Source: a virus. Taken from it: 64,000 nucleotides of DNA. Made by a program: the position numbers and the translations under genes. The notes under the pieces were generated by a model, which ran no database searches, was not told the DNA's origin, and saw nothing but the letters and a program-made list of their open reading frames with translations. Positions 49,581-59,366 of the stretch are shown piece by piece. Each line of letters begins with the position of its first letter. Position 1 is the first letter of the stretch. The DNA is taken from IMG/VR virus record IMGVR_UViG_3300025684_000011. One strand, given 5' to 3'.

Positions 49581-49943
49581 ATGGAAGCCGTCTTTCTTTT
49601 CTTATTAATATTCAAACATGCCATAGTAGACGTTGGACTACAAAGACACTTGGGTGTACAAAAGAAACACCAATGGCTTAGCCCTAAAGCACAAATACAT
49701 TATCTAAGTCACGGTGCTGGTACTTTTATAGTATTAGTGACACTTGATCCTGTTCTAGCATTAATTGCTGGATTATGTGATTGGATTGCACATTGGCATA
49801 TTGACTTTACAAAAACTAACATTAACAACAAATACGAACTGAACAATGCAGATTATGCTTATTGGTGGCTCCTTACTATTGATCAGTTATTGCATTACAC
49901 AACATATTTTCTTATAATATATTTTATATTTTTGAATCTTTAA
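49581..49943 (+). CDS. DUF3307-like membrane protein
   Basis: KH..D..LQ, H...HG, HWHIDF.K, DQLLH. Confidence 0.75.
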   Translation: MEAVFLFLLIFKHAIVDVGLQRHLGVQKKHQWLSPKAQIHYLSHGAGTFIVLVTLDPVLALIAGLCDWIAHWHIDFTKTNINNKYELNNADYAYWWLLTIDQLLHYTTYFLIIYFIFLNL

Positions 49944-49998
49944 ATGTCTAGTTTATCCTTTATTTTGGTAAATATTGACGTTATAAAGGATTTAAAAT

Positions 49999-50781
49999 AT
50001 GCTATCAGAAATGGATTTTAAGGAGCAATCTCATCTATTTTCGCTCCTAGCGGGTATCGCTTACAAGGATGAAAAACAAGCCACTAAAGAATACAAGAGT
50101 CACGGTTTTACTCAAGTTAAATTTGTTGATGTTGATTCAAGTCAGGCATATGTTATCTGGAACACGAAAGATCTAGTTATATGCTGTCGAGGAACTGAAC
50201 CAACTGAATTTAAGGATATTGCCGCTGATGTTAGATGTTTTTTAGTTCGGCCAGCTACAGGTCAAAAAGGAAAAGTACACAAAGGATTTAAAGTAAGTGT
50301 TGATAGAATCTGGCCTAGTATTACAAGCACATTAAAATTAAAAAAACAAAAAGTATGGGTTTGTGGACATTCATTAGGAGGTGCTATGGCATGCCTAATA
50401 GGAAATCGTTTCCACGAAATAGAAGACTTACCTTTGGTTGAAGGAGTATTTACTTACGGAGAACCACGGTCAGGTAATAAAAAGTTTGTCAACCATAGTC
50501 TTAGTGTACCGCATATTAGGTGGGTTAATGGTGCTGATATTGTGCCTAAGGTTCCACCGGATATCCTAAACCGATATAAGCATCACGGAGATTTACATTA
50601 TATGAACCATTGGGGTAATGTAAGAACTATGACATATTGGCAAGCAGTAAAGGATCAATGGAGAGGATTTTGGAAAGGAATTGTAAGAGGTAAAATCAAT
50701 TTTTTTATCAACCACAGCATTGATAGATATCAAGCAAATTTAGAACGTTATAAGAACGGCGACGAACGCCCTCAAATATAA
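49999..50781 (+). CDS. class 3 lipase
   Basis: RGTE, VHKGF, GHSLGGA, TYGEPR, DIVPKVP, NHS. Confidence 0.9.
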   Translation: MLSEMDFKEQSHLFSLLAGIAYKDEKQATKEYKSHGFTQVKFVDVDSSQAYVIWNTKDLVICCRGTEPTEFKDIAADVRCFLVRPATGQKGKVHKGFKVSVDRIWPSITSTLKLKKQKVWVCGHSLGGAMACLIGNRFHEIEDLPLVEGVFTYGEPRSGNKKFVNHSLSVPHIRWVNGADIVPKVPPDILNRYKHHGDLHYMNHWGNVRTMTYWQAVKDQWRGFWKGIVRGKINFFINHSIDRYQANLERYKNGDERPQI

Positions 50782-50800
50782 AACAAAGGTAATTTATTAA

Positions 50801-52336
50801 ATGGAACAATCAGAAACAGGCAACAAAGATACTGGTGCATCAGCATCAGCAGAAGCAGAGGCTCATGCCGAAGCAAACGCCCACGCAGGAACAGAAGTCA
50901 CTGATTCAAGTGTTAGTGCAGAAGCAGGAGCACATGCAGAAGCAGGAGCATCCGCTGGTGCAGATGGCGAAGCTCATGCAACTCAAGGAGCATTGAGTGA
51001 AACTGCCGAAGGTAGTGCCGGTGTTAGTGCAACTGCTGAAGTAACTGCAGAAGCATATGCCGGAGCAGGGTTTGATGGTAGCGACGCTAGTATTGGAGCA
51101 GGTGCTATGGTTGAAGCAAGAGCAGAAACAGAAGCTCATGTAGATGGTAGTGCAGAAGCCACAGTTGATGCTGGACCATTAGGAGATGTTACTCTTGCCG
51201 GAGCAGAAGGCGAAGCTCATGCTGGAGCATATGCAGAAACTCATGCCGGTGTAGAAGCTCATGCAAGTGTTGGAGAACATGGTGTTGATGTTGGCGGTGG
51301 AGCAATGGCAGGCGCAAGCACAGGAGTTGATGCTGGTGCATCAGGTACAATAGACACTCCAATTGGATCAGTTAGCGGAGAAGCCGAAGCAGGAGTTAGT
51401 GTTGGTACACAAGTAGGTATAGAAGGCGAAGGTCATGCAACAATGAATGATGGTGTTGCAAGTATAGGTATTAGTGGCAAGGCCGCAGTACTAGCAGGAA
51501 TAGATGCAGACTTAAATGTTGAAGTTGATCTCAATCCAATTCTTGATATTAGTAAATGTACATATAATGTAATTACTCATCCAAACGAAGCAATTTCTGA
51601 AGCTAGAAATATTATGTCTGATGCAGAAAAACAGGTAGACTCTGCAATGGCCAATGCTGAAAAAATGAAGAATGCAACTATTAAAGCCGCGAACGATGAA
51701 GCAGACAGAGTTAAGAAAGAAGCAACTAAAGAACTAAAAGCAACAGAAGAACATTGTCAAGGTGTAATTGCTGGTGCTCAAAGAGCTCTAAATAAAGCCG
51801 CTGAAGAAACAGCAAGACTGGCAGCCGAACAAGCACAGAAAGCAAAAGAAGCCGTTGAATTGGCCGCAAAGCAAGCCGCGGATCAAGCACAGAAACAGGC
51901 CGCTGAAGCCGCCCACAGAGCTGAAATGGTTAAGCAGAAAGCCGCTGAACAAGCCGCTAAAGCACAAGCCGAAGCCCAACGTGCCGCAGAGTTAGCTCAA
52001 CAACAAGCACTTCAAGCTCGTAGACAGGCAGAAGCACAAGCTACAGCCGCCGCAAATGCCGCACAAAGATCTGCAAATGCCGCAAAGGATGCCGCTAAAA
52101 AATCTGGTAGAAAGATTAAGAAATTCTTTAGTGATATTAGATTAAAAGAAAATATTAAATTAGAGAACGTTGATGCTGTTACAGGACTTTCATGGTATTC
52201 ATATAATTATGTTTGGGATAACGAAGTAAGACAAACAGGTGTTATGGCTCAAGACTTATTAGGTACAAAATATCAAGATGCTGTTAGTGTCCATCATGGA
52301 CATTTTGTAGTTGATTATAGTAAACTTCCTAACTAG
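50801..52336 (+). CDS. Ala/Gly-repeat + coiled-coil protein with C-terminal intramolecular chaperone (peptidase S74) domain
   Basis: AxAxAxG repeats, Ala/Gln/Lys coiled coil, FSDIRLKENI...GVMAQD...VDYS. Confidence 0.8.
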   Translation: MEQSETGNKDTGASASAEAEAHAEANAHAGTEVTDSSVSAEAGAHAEAGASAGADGEAHATQGALSETAEGSAGVSATAEVTAEAYAGAGFDGSDASIGAGAMVEARAETEAHVDGSAEATVDAGPLGDVTLAGAEGEAHAGAYAETHAGVEAHASVGEHGVDVGGGAMAGASTGVDAGASGTIDTPIGSVSGEAEAGVSVGTQVGIEGEGHATMNDGVASIGISGKAAVLAGIDADLNVEVDLNPILDISKCTYNVITHPNEAISEARNIMSDAEKQVDSAMANAEKMKNATIKAANDEADRVKKEATKELKATEEHCQGVIAGAQRALNKAAEETARLAAEQAQKAKEAVELAAKQAADQAQKQAAEAAHRAEMVKQKAAEQAAKAQAEAQRAAELAQQQALQARRQAEAQATAAANAAQRSANAAKDAAKKSGRKIKKFFSDIRLKENIKLENVDAVTGLSWYSYNYVWDNEVRQTGVMAQDLLGTKYQDAVSVHHGHFVVDYSKLPN

Positions 52337-53009
52337 GAATTTTTAGGTTGGCCCATGGTTGTTGAAATCTTATTGATAAAAGCAATCGTGGGCTTTTACC
52401 ATCCCAATTAATAGAATGTAAGATATCAGTTCTAACAAAAGAAGATTCTTGATTTAACTTGGCTAAAGTATTGCATTTGAAATCCGGATCTCCTAATAAT
52501 TTATATTGTCCAGCTCTACTTTTTTCAGCACCACCTTTGGCTTGTAAACGTTTAGCAGGAACACCATTAGGTCTTGGAAATTCAGCAACACGAACCTTCC
52601 AATGATCTCTATCACAATTCCACCAAAACATCTCTTGGTCTTCGTCGCCATTTAATAAAACATTAAAGCGAACTGGTATATCATATTTGTCTCCGGTATA
52701 TCTATCAGGACCAGTAGTATCAATATGTGGATTACCACGAGGATCTTCTAAAGGTTCGTTAAGTGACTTATAAATGAAGAAATTTACCTCTCCATCTTCT
52801 AGTCCATATGTTTTTGTAAAGGCATTAATTTCAGCATATGCTTTTGACTCTTTCCAAGCCTGTATCATATCAGGTTCCGGTGTTATTAATGCCGCTGAAA
52901 GAGGAGCATTATCTTGGTAGTCTTGAACCATTGGTTTGGTTATTTCCTGAGCCCATAACCAAGCTTCGGGTGAAAGTTTAAAAGAAACGGTTAAATAAGG
53001 TTGCTCCAT
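52329..53009 (-). CDS. putative Fe(II)/2OG-type oxygenase
   Basis: PHID...RFNVL...FWW...VRTDILHSI...R; ATG 53009 lies 5 nt after TAAATA. Confidence 0.62.
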   Translation of the reverse strand: MEQPYLTVSFKLSPEAWLWAQEITKPMVQDYQDNAPLSAALITPEPDMIQAWKESKAYAEINAFTKTYGLEDGEVNFFIYKSLNEPLEDPRGNPHIDTTGPDRYTGDKYDIPVRFNVLLNGDEDQEMFWWNCDRDHWKVRVAEFPRPNGVPAKRLQAKGGAEKSRAGQYKLLGDPDFKCNTLAKLNQESSFVRTDILHSINWDGKSPRLLLSIRFQQPWANLKIPS

Positions 53010-53023
53010 ACCAATATTTATGG

Positions 53024-53052
53024 TTGACATTATAGATAATATACCATATAAT
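53024..53052 (+). promoter_or_regulatory. sigma70-type promoter for tRNA-Gly
   Basis: TTGACA-17-TATAAT. Confidence 0.8.
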
Positions 53053-53062
53053 AGTAAAATAA

Positions 53063-53136
53063 GCGGGTATTGTGTAGTGGTAAGACCTTAGCCTTCCAAG
53101 CTAATGACGCGAGTTCGATTCTCGCTACCCGCTCCA
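53063..53136 (+). tRNA. tRNA-Gly(UCC)
   Basis: GCGGGTA/TACCCGC stem, TTAGC-CTTCCAA-GCTAA, CCA. Confidence 0.92.
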
Positions 53137-53152
53137 ACTATGAGGAATAAAA

Positions 53153-53431
53153 ATGATTGGTTCAAAAGATATAGTCCACATTGATGTGGGCATTGATAAA
53201 AAAGAAGGCAAATGGCTAGGAGAATGGACACCTAAGAATCCTGATGCCGTTGCACAATTATATAATGAGGAGCCTTCAACTCATCATATTACAGCCAACA
53301 GGCGCGAAGAACTTGAACGTAAACTTGAGAAATCATTACGTCTTGCTTTTCCTAAAGCAAATTATATAGTTCAGCATCGTGAATCGTTAACAGAAGCACA
53401 AGACCCTTTAACAGGTTATATTAATGCGTGA
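53153..53431 (+). CDS. hypothetical protein
   Basis: SD GAGGA, 92 aa. Confidence 0.6.
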   Translation: MIGSKDIVHIDVGIDKKEGKWLGEWTPKNPDAVAQLYNEEPSTHHITANRREELERKLEKSLRLAFPKANYIVQHRESLTEAQDPLTGYINA

Positions 53432-53690
53432 TACCAACCATGAAAAGATAGGTATTAGGATAATGCGTTCTTTGATGGGATGGCTGATGGTATTTGGTAC
53501 TGGTGGTTTACTTCTAGGCTCTCAAATTTGGGTATGGGAAAATTATAGTGCCACCCCTGGACTATTGGTACTATTTGAAGGTTTATGGTGTATTGGATCT
53601 GCTATATTTTTAGGTATAATAGTAACAGCCGCTGAAAAAAGTTTACCTTTAGGCAAAATTAATTTACAACCTCTTGATAAACAAGACTAA
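53424..53690 (+). CDS. small membrane protein
   Basis: Two hydrophobic helices. Confidence 0.6.
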   Translation: MRDTNHEKIGIRIMRSLMGWLMVFGTGGLLLGSQIWVWENYSATPGLLVLFEGLWCIGSAIFLGIIVTAAEKSLPLGKINLQPLDKQD

Positions 53691-53717
53691 TTTTTCCTAC
53701 TATTTTCAACAAAAAGG

Positions 53718-53746
53718 TTGACCTTTGGGCCTGTTTGTCATATACT
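53718..53746 (+). promoter_or_regulatory. sigma70-type promoter
   Basis: TTGACC-17-TATACT. Confidence 0.7.
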
Positions 53747-53786
53747 GTATATAATAAGAAATTAGGTTAATTAGGAGATACAGTAT

Positions 53787-54299
53787 ATGGCTTATTTAAG
53801 TGCAAAAGATACCCAAGCAATTAGAAAAGAACTTAAAGTACAATTTCCAGAGTTTAGATTTAATGTTAGCAAAAGATCAGGTGGTGCCTGTGTCGTAACT
53901 ATAACAAGCGGTCCTACTGATTTCTCAGATATTTACAGACAAGATGCATATGGAGATGACGGCTATTGTCAAGTTAATGTTTATCATATAAAAGGAGACA
54001 ATTATAATAAGCATACAGAATTCTTAGCAGATGTTCTTAACGTGATTAAAACTGCTCCTGCAAAAGGAGAAGGTTTTCATAAAGGTAGAGGTTGGTTTGA
54101 TGAGTCAGATAGTATGTCTGACTATTTCCATACTGCTTTTTATATTGATTTAAACATTGGACAATACTCAAAGCCTTATGTGCAAAGTGGTTGTGCAAAA
54201 AAAGCTCCTACTAAAGAAGTAAAAACTTTAGAACAATTAGTTGGTGCTGAAATGGCTTCAACCTTAAGAGAACTTGCAATGGTTAAGGAAAACGTATAA
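53787..54299 (+). CDS. LPD29-like phage protein
   Basis: IRKELKVQFP..RFNV, D.SDSMSDYFH..FY. Confidence 0.6.
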   Translation: MAYLSAKDTQAIRKELKVQFPEFRFNVSKRSGGACVVTITSGPTDFSDIYRQDAYGDDGYCQVNVYHIKGDNYNKHTEFLADVLNVIKTAPAKGEGFHKGRGWFDESDSMSDYFHTAFYIDLNIGQYSKPYVQSGCAKKAPTKEVKTLEQLVGAEMASTLRELAMVKENV

Positions 54300-55258
54300 T
54301 GAATATTAATTTTAAAAATATTGCATTAGCAATTACTTCGGTAGCAGTTCTTAGTGCATGTCAAACAACTAATTCACTAGCAGTTAATAACGAAACATCT
54401 GCTATACAGTATGATGGTAAAGCAGTTACTAATAATAATGTATCTGTTATGCCTGGATATGCTCATTATATGAAACTAAATCCTTTGAAATCTCAAATTC
54501 CAAGTTATGACGGTAAAGGTTTACTTGCCGCAAGTTGGAATCCTTCCGATGATGTTGCTAATAATCCAACTATTGTTATAATGCATGGTGGACATGGCGT
54601 TGGTAGCGGTATGTGGATTAAAGCAAGAGATCTAAAGCAACGTATTAATGCCAACGTATTACTTCTTGATAGTTTTATGTCACGTGATATGCCTAATAAT
54701 TGGGATAGAGGTGCAGAAGCTGATGCAATCGTTCGTACATTTGATGTTATTGCAGTTGGTAAATGGTTAAAGACACAAGGGTCTGATCCTAGCAAAACTT
54801 ATATGATGGGCGGTTCACAAGGTGGATGGACAACTCTTAAGGCAATGTCTGCAGGAGCAACTCAACTTGCTGAAGTAAAGCCTCTTTATGCAGGTGGTAT
54901 TGCATACTATCCTGTTTGCGACAACTACAATCGTAATGGTAACCTAAGAGCAGGACAACGATTTGTTTCGTTAGCAAAGAATGGTTTCTGGGGACCTGTA
55001 CTACTTCTAACTGGTGATGAGGACTATGCTACTCGTATTGAAGATTGTCAACAGTCTGTAGTTGAACATGCCACTAAGCATGTTAGGTTTGAAAGAGGAA
55101 CACATGGTTGGGAAATCCGTTGGAGAGAAAACGGAGAGATGAACAAGGATGGTTCTTGTAAGTGGTCTGGTAACAAAAACTTTAAGATGTGTTATGATGC
55201 CAAGCACACTACTGAAATGTATATTGAAATGACTAAATTTATAAATGGAGCAAAATAA
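54299..55258 (+). CDS. dienelactone-hydrolase-family lipoprotein
   Basis: Lipobox LSAC, MHGGHG, GGSQGG, YYPVC, GDED, HGW. Confidence 0.8.
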   Translation: MNINFKNIALAITSVAVLSACQTTNSLAVNNETSAIQYDGKAVTNNNVSVMPGYAHYMKLNPLKSQIPSYDGKGLLAASWNPSDDVANNPTIVIMHGGHGVGSGMWIKARDLKQRINANVLLLDSFMSRDMPNNWDRGAEADAIVRTFDVIAVGKWLKTQGSDPSKTYMMGGSQGGWTTLKAMSAGATQLAEVKPLYAGGIAYYPVCDNYNRNGNLRAGQRFVSLAKNGFWGPVLLLTGDEDYATRIEDCQQSVVEHATKHVRFERGTHGWEIRWRENGEMNKDGSCKWSGNKNFKMCYDAKHTTEMYIEMTKFINGAK

Positions 55259-56391
55259 TGAATAGTAAATTTATATTTGGTACCTTAACAGTTATAACAA
55301 CTGTTTGGCTTGTTTCGGGTGTTGTACAAAGTGCATTAGCAAAAGAAGCAAAGGTAAACGTTGTCCGTACTACAGGAGGCAATGCAGTAGAGTTTCCTAA
55401 CGTTCATTTACAAAGTGGTATGGGAAGAAACCTGCTTCAACCTTTCAATGAAGAACTGCAAACTACACATGACATAAAATCAGCAGATAGAGCCCAACGA
55501 ATGATGGAACGAAACAGTTCAGCTCTTACTGGATTATTAATTAATAAAGGACGTATTGTATTTGAAGGTTATAGAGAACCAGCTAGGCGCAATAGCAAAA
55601 TGCATAGTATGTCAATGTCAAAGAGTCTAACTGCTCTTGTAATTGGTAACCTATATTGTGACGGCAAGATCAATAGCCTCGATGATAAAGCAGTAAAATA
55701 TGCTCCTCAATTAGAAGGAACTCCATATGGAGATACTTCAATCCGTAATCTACTAATGATGGCTAGTGGTATAAAGAAGCTTGGCAATCACGGACAGCCT
55801 AAACATAAAACTTATGTTAGGATGAGGAATCAGCAAGCAACTGGATTGTTTATGCTAAAAGGACACACAAGACAATATGAAGAAGGAACCAATCATCTTT
55901 ATAACTCAGGAGATACATTAGCATTATCTCAAGTAATGGAGTCAATGGGAGGACTAGTTAATAACTTTAATTTTTATATTTGGTCTAGGATTGGTACTGA
56001 AACAGGTGGATCCTGGATGGTGGATAAACAGGGTCAGCCAATTGCCTTTGCTGGATTTAATGCAAGTCTAAGAGACTGGGGTAAACTTGGAATGTATACA
56101 ATAGATATGGTAAAAGGCCGAGGCGGTTCGTGTATGCAAGAATTTGCTACAGACATGAACTCTAAGCAAATTAGGAATGAGAGGCGTCCGGGAGAAGCAG
56201 GAAGAACATTCTCGCACTATGGTTACCAAACTTGGATTATGGATAATGGTAATGCATGGTGGGTTGGCTATGGCGGACAACGAGTAGGATTAAATTTTGA
56301 ATTAGAAAAAGTAATGGTAGTACATAGTTACATTGAAAACTATATGACTGAAGCACATGATGTGTTTAATTATTTTGCAGATTGGGATTAA
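55258..56391 (+). CDS. serine hydrolase, beta-lactamase class C-like
   Basis: SMSKS (SxxK), LLMMASG, YNS, GYGGQ; N-terminal signal/TM. Confidence 0.85.
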   Translation: MNSKFIFGTLTVITTVWLVSGVVQSALAKEAKVNVVRTTGGNAVEFPNVHLQSGMGRNLLQPFNEELQTTHDIKSADRAQRMMERNSSALTGLLINKGRIVFEGYREPARRNSKMHSMSMSKSLTALVIGNLYCDGKINSLDDKAVKYAPQLEGTPYGDTSIRNLLMMASGIKKLGNHGQPKHKTYVRMRNQQATGLFMLKGHTRQYEEGTNHLYNSGDTLALSQVMESMGGLVNNFNFYIWSRIGTETGGSWMVDKQGQPIAFAGFNASLRDWGKLGMYTIDMVKGRGGSCMQEFATDMNSKQIRNERRPGEAGRTFSHYGYQTWIMDNGNAWWVGYGGQRVGLNFELEKVMVVHSYIENYMTEAHDVFNYFADWD

Positions 56392-56660
56392 TGGAAGAAG
56401 TTTTAATAAAAATATTAAACATGGGAGACCCTGATGACTGGGATTTATATGCCAACTTAGCAATAGGCCAATGGATCAAGTCAGATGAATATGCAAAAAT
56501 TAAAGCATATGGATTAACGGCTCAATCCTACAAGTACTTAGAACAAAATAGCTGGGGAGGTGATTATAATCTCTCCGGCTGTGGTGTATATTGCACAGAT
56601 TATGATCCTAAAGATCTTATGATGGCAAAATTAGCAGGTGTAATTCCACATTACGGTTAA
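56391..56660 (+). CDS. hypothetical protein
   Basis: MGDPDDWDLYA...W..S motif. Confidence 0.55.
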   Translation: MEEVLIKILNMGDPDDWDLYANLAIGQWIKSDEYAKIKAYGLTAQSYKYLEQNSWGGDYNLSGCGVYCTDYDPKDLMMAKLAGVIPHYG

Positions 56661-56712
56661 ACCTGCAACATATTCGACAGTAAGTAATTTATTAAACAAA
56701 AGGAGGAACAAT

Positions 56713-57318
56713 ATGTTCTCATTTAAAGACGTAGATAAAAGTATGCTATTAAAACTAGTAGCATTACATGTTTTAGTTATTGTAGTTAGTAATGCCTTAG
56801 TTAGTATTCCAGTTGAAATTTTTGGTGTTAAACTAACATGGGCGGCATTTACTTTTCCACTAGTGGTATTAGCAACTGATTTGACAGTACGACTATTAGG
56901 AAAGGAAATTGCTCGAAGTACAATTACCGCGGCATATCCGCTGGCTATTATTGGATCTATTCTAGTAGTACTAGCAGAAGGTGCTCCTACAAGTGTAGCA
57001 CTTCGTATTGGTTTTGCCAGTGCAACAGCCTATGCAGTAGGTACAATGCTTGACGTATATGTATTCCAACATATCCGAGAGAAGATGACAGACAACTGGT
57101 GGTTAGCACCGGCTGTATCAACAGTAGCCGCTAACGTTATTGACACTTATGCATTCTTTGCAGTAGCCTTTCACAATTCAGCAAACGAGTATATGTCAGC
57201 AAACTGGATGGAAGTAGCAGGTTCGCAAGTCATAATTAAGATTGCAGTAGGACTAATTGTCTTCCTACCAGCTTATGGTGTATTACTAAGACACCTTAAA
57301 AATAAAGTAGAAGGATAA
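56713..57318 (+). CDS. yhhQ: queuosine precursor (preQ0/preQ1) transporter, VUT family
   Basis: SNALV, TWAAFTFP..LATDLTVRLLG, RIGFAS..AY..G...D, WW.AP..ST, DT..FF..AF. Confidence 0.88.
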   Translation: MFSFKDVDKSMLLKLVALHVLVIVVSNALVSIPVEIFGVKLTWAAFTFPLVVLATDLTVRLLGKEIARSTITAAYPLAIIGSILVVLAEGAPTSVALRIGFASATAYAVGTMLDVYVFQHIREKMTDNWWLAPAVSTVAANVIDTYAFFAVAFHNSANEYMSANWMEVAGSQVIIKIAVGLIVFLPAYGVLLRHLKNKVEG

Positions 57319-57322
57319 ACGT

Positions 57323-58006
57323 ATGAGCTTAAATACAGATGGTTTATTTTTAGCACCAGCTAATCCTCAACTGTCAAAGTATGATGGGGTTAAACTTCCT
57401 CCGTTAGTTATACCGGACGGAAGTGGCCCCTGGGCTCTGCGATATATCTGGGTAAAGCATAAAACTAAAAACGATGAATTTGTAAAAAATTATTTTAACA
57501 AAGGAAATAATGCAACAGGTTCCGGACTAAATTTAAGAAAACAAACATCTCACATGAAAGAGACAGCATGGAATCCTCATAACAATATTTTTGATACTAG
57601 CAGAGAAAACGGTAACTTGATTTGGAGAGTTAAAGTACATAATCATTTAGCCGATACGATTGATTATATTGAGATATGGCGTAGCAAAGAAATTATTAAA
57701 GAAACATTTGGTGTTAAAAAAGGCGACACTACAAAAAATGATGTTCCTGTAACCGAATCAGAAAGTAAATCAGATTTAGCAAGATCTGCAGAAGAAATTA
57801 TTACATTAAGAAAAGGATTAGAAGAAGCAGGTTTTGAGCCAAGAGCTTGGTCTACCTTTCCTAATGTCCATCCTCTCGTTGCAATGAGATGGTATCTTTA
57901 CTTTTTAGACAGACGAAATGGAAATAAGCAATGTGTTATAAACACACCTTATAATAAAAAATTAAACGATTGGGAACCTTTTAAAAATAACAAAGGAGTT
58001 AATTAA
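57323..58006 (+). CDS. hypothetical protein
   Basis: 227 aa ORF in operon. Confidence 0.6.
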   Translation: MSLNTDGLFLAPANPQLSKYDGVKLPPLVIPDGSGPWALRYIWVKHKTKNDEFVKNYFNKGNNATGSGLNLRKQTSHMKETAWNPHNNIFDTSRENGNLIWRVKVHNHLADTIDYIEIWRSKEIIKETFGVKKGDTTKNDVPVTESESKSDLARSAEEIITLRKGLEEAGFEPRAWSTFPNVHPLVAMRWYLYFLDRRNGNKQCVINTPYNKKLNDWEPFKNNKGVN

Positions 58007-58007
58007 A

Positions 58008-58634
58008 ATGGCACTTGTACCTATGGTAGTAGAAAAGACCTCTGAAGGAGAAAGAGCATACGATATCTATAGTCGTTTGCTTAAAGAAAGAATTGTTATG
58101 GTTGAAGGAGTAGTAAACGATAACATGGCTAATTTAATTGTTGCACAATTACTTTACCTTGAGGCAGAAAACGATAACGATATTACAATGTTTGTTAACA
58201 GTCCAGGCGGATCAGTTACTGCTGGCTTAGCAATTTATGATACTATGCAATTTATTGGTTGTGATGTTGCAACTTATGCTATGGGCCAAGCATGTTCTAT
58301 GGGATCAGTATTAGCAATGGCAGGTGCAACTGGAAAGAGATATGTATTGCCTAGCTGTCGTACAATGATTCACCGTGTTAGTTCTGGAACACACGGAACA
58401 AGCGGAAGTGTTCATGTACAAGAATTACAGTTTGAAGATGCTATTCGTAGTATGGAAGAATCTAAAAAACTTAACGAACGTTTAACTCAACTATATGTTA
58501 CCCACAATACAAAAGGTAAGACATATGATCAGATGTTTGAAACTATGAAGTTTGATACTTTTCTTGACGCCGCCGCAACTGTTGAATTTGGACTTGCAGA
58601 TAAAGTTATTGCAAACAGGGCTGATGTAAAATGA
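58008..58634 (+). CDS. clpP: ATP-dependent Clp protease proteolytic subunit
   Basis: [31 protein letters not shown] (Ser), MIH (His), FDTF (Asp). Confidence 0.95.
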   Translation: MALVPMVVEKTSEGERAYDIYSRLLKERIVMVEGVVNDNMANLIVAQLLYLEAENDNDITMFVNSPGGSVTAGLAIYDTMQFIGCDVATYAMGQACSMGSVLAMAGATGKRYVLPSCRTMIHRVSSGTHGTSGSVHVQELQFEDAIRSMEESKKLNERLTQLYVTHNTKGKTYDQMFETMKFDTFLDAAATVEFGLADKVIANRADVK

Positions 58635-59365
58635 GTATAATGACTGAACAAGGTTTAAAGGAACTAGTCGCTAAACAAGATACTTTAGGTAGAGTTCCTT
58701 TTGATGGTAGTAGATTTTATTCAGCAGATGCAAACTACCTTATATATTCTGTTGGAGTAGACAGATTTATATTATCTGATAGACTTGATCTATGGACTAC
58801 ATTAGAAACTGCTAAGATACTTTCTTCAAAGATTCCATTAACTTTAATTGCACTCACAAACTGTAGTAAAGATATTAACAACGAAAATTGTTTGTTTTAT
58901 ACAGTATCTGAGAAAACTGGTTGGAAGATGTCTGAGAATGCATGTCCAGAATTAGGTGCAGTATCAGGCGAGGATGCAGTAGAAGAGGCTGGCATTGCTT
59001 TAGACTTTAAAGATCCTATTAGTGCCAATTGGTTAGTTAACTTACAAAACTATGCATTCTTTTGCCAGAAGATATTACATGCAATTAGAATTGCTGATGC
59101 TGAAACCAATTCAGACGATGCAGTATTCTTTAAAGAGTTACTAGATCACGGAATTGCGGCAGTATTACAATCAAGAGCTGATCATACAAGAACTCCGCAA
59201 GGAGCATTACTTTGGACTAAAAGGGTACTATATACTTCAAAGAATATTGACGAAGCAATCAGTGGTATTAATAAGATATGGGATAGCAGGGTACTTAGAG
59301 ATAAAGATATAAGAGATAGATTTTTTGAGTATTCAGGATTACCTTTTAATCCTGGAGACAATTAA
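58631..59365 (+). CDS. PP-loop partner protein, family B
   Basis: [22 protein letters not shown]; KRVLY...NIDEA. Confidence 0.72.
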   Translation: MSIMTEQGLKELVAKQDTLGRVPFDGSRFYSADANYLIYSVGVDRFILSDRLDLWTTLETAKILSSKIPLTLIALTNCSKDINNENCLFYTVSEKTGWKMSENACPELGAVSGEDAVEEAGIALDFKDPISANWLVNLQNYAFFCQKILHAIRIADAETNSDDAVFFKELLDHGIAAVLQSRADHTRTPQGALLWTKRVLYTSKNIDEAISGINKIWDSRVLRDKDIRDRFFEYSGLPFNPGDN

Positions 59366-59366
59366 T

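Noticed and set aside
50801-52100. DNA-level tandem repeat in GCAGAAGC/GCCGC-rich sequence
   Set aside because: Explained by Ala/Gly/Glu-rich coding sequence; no exact repeat unit.
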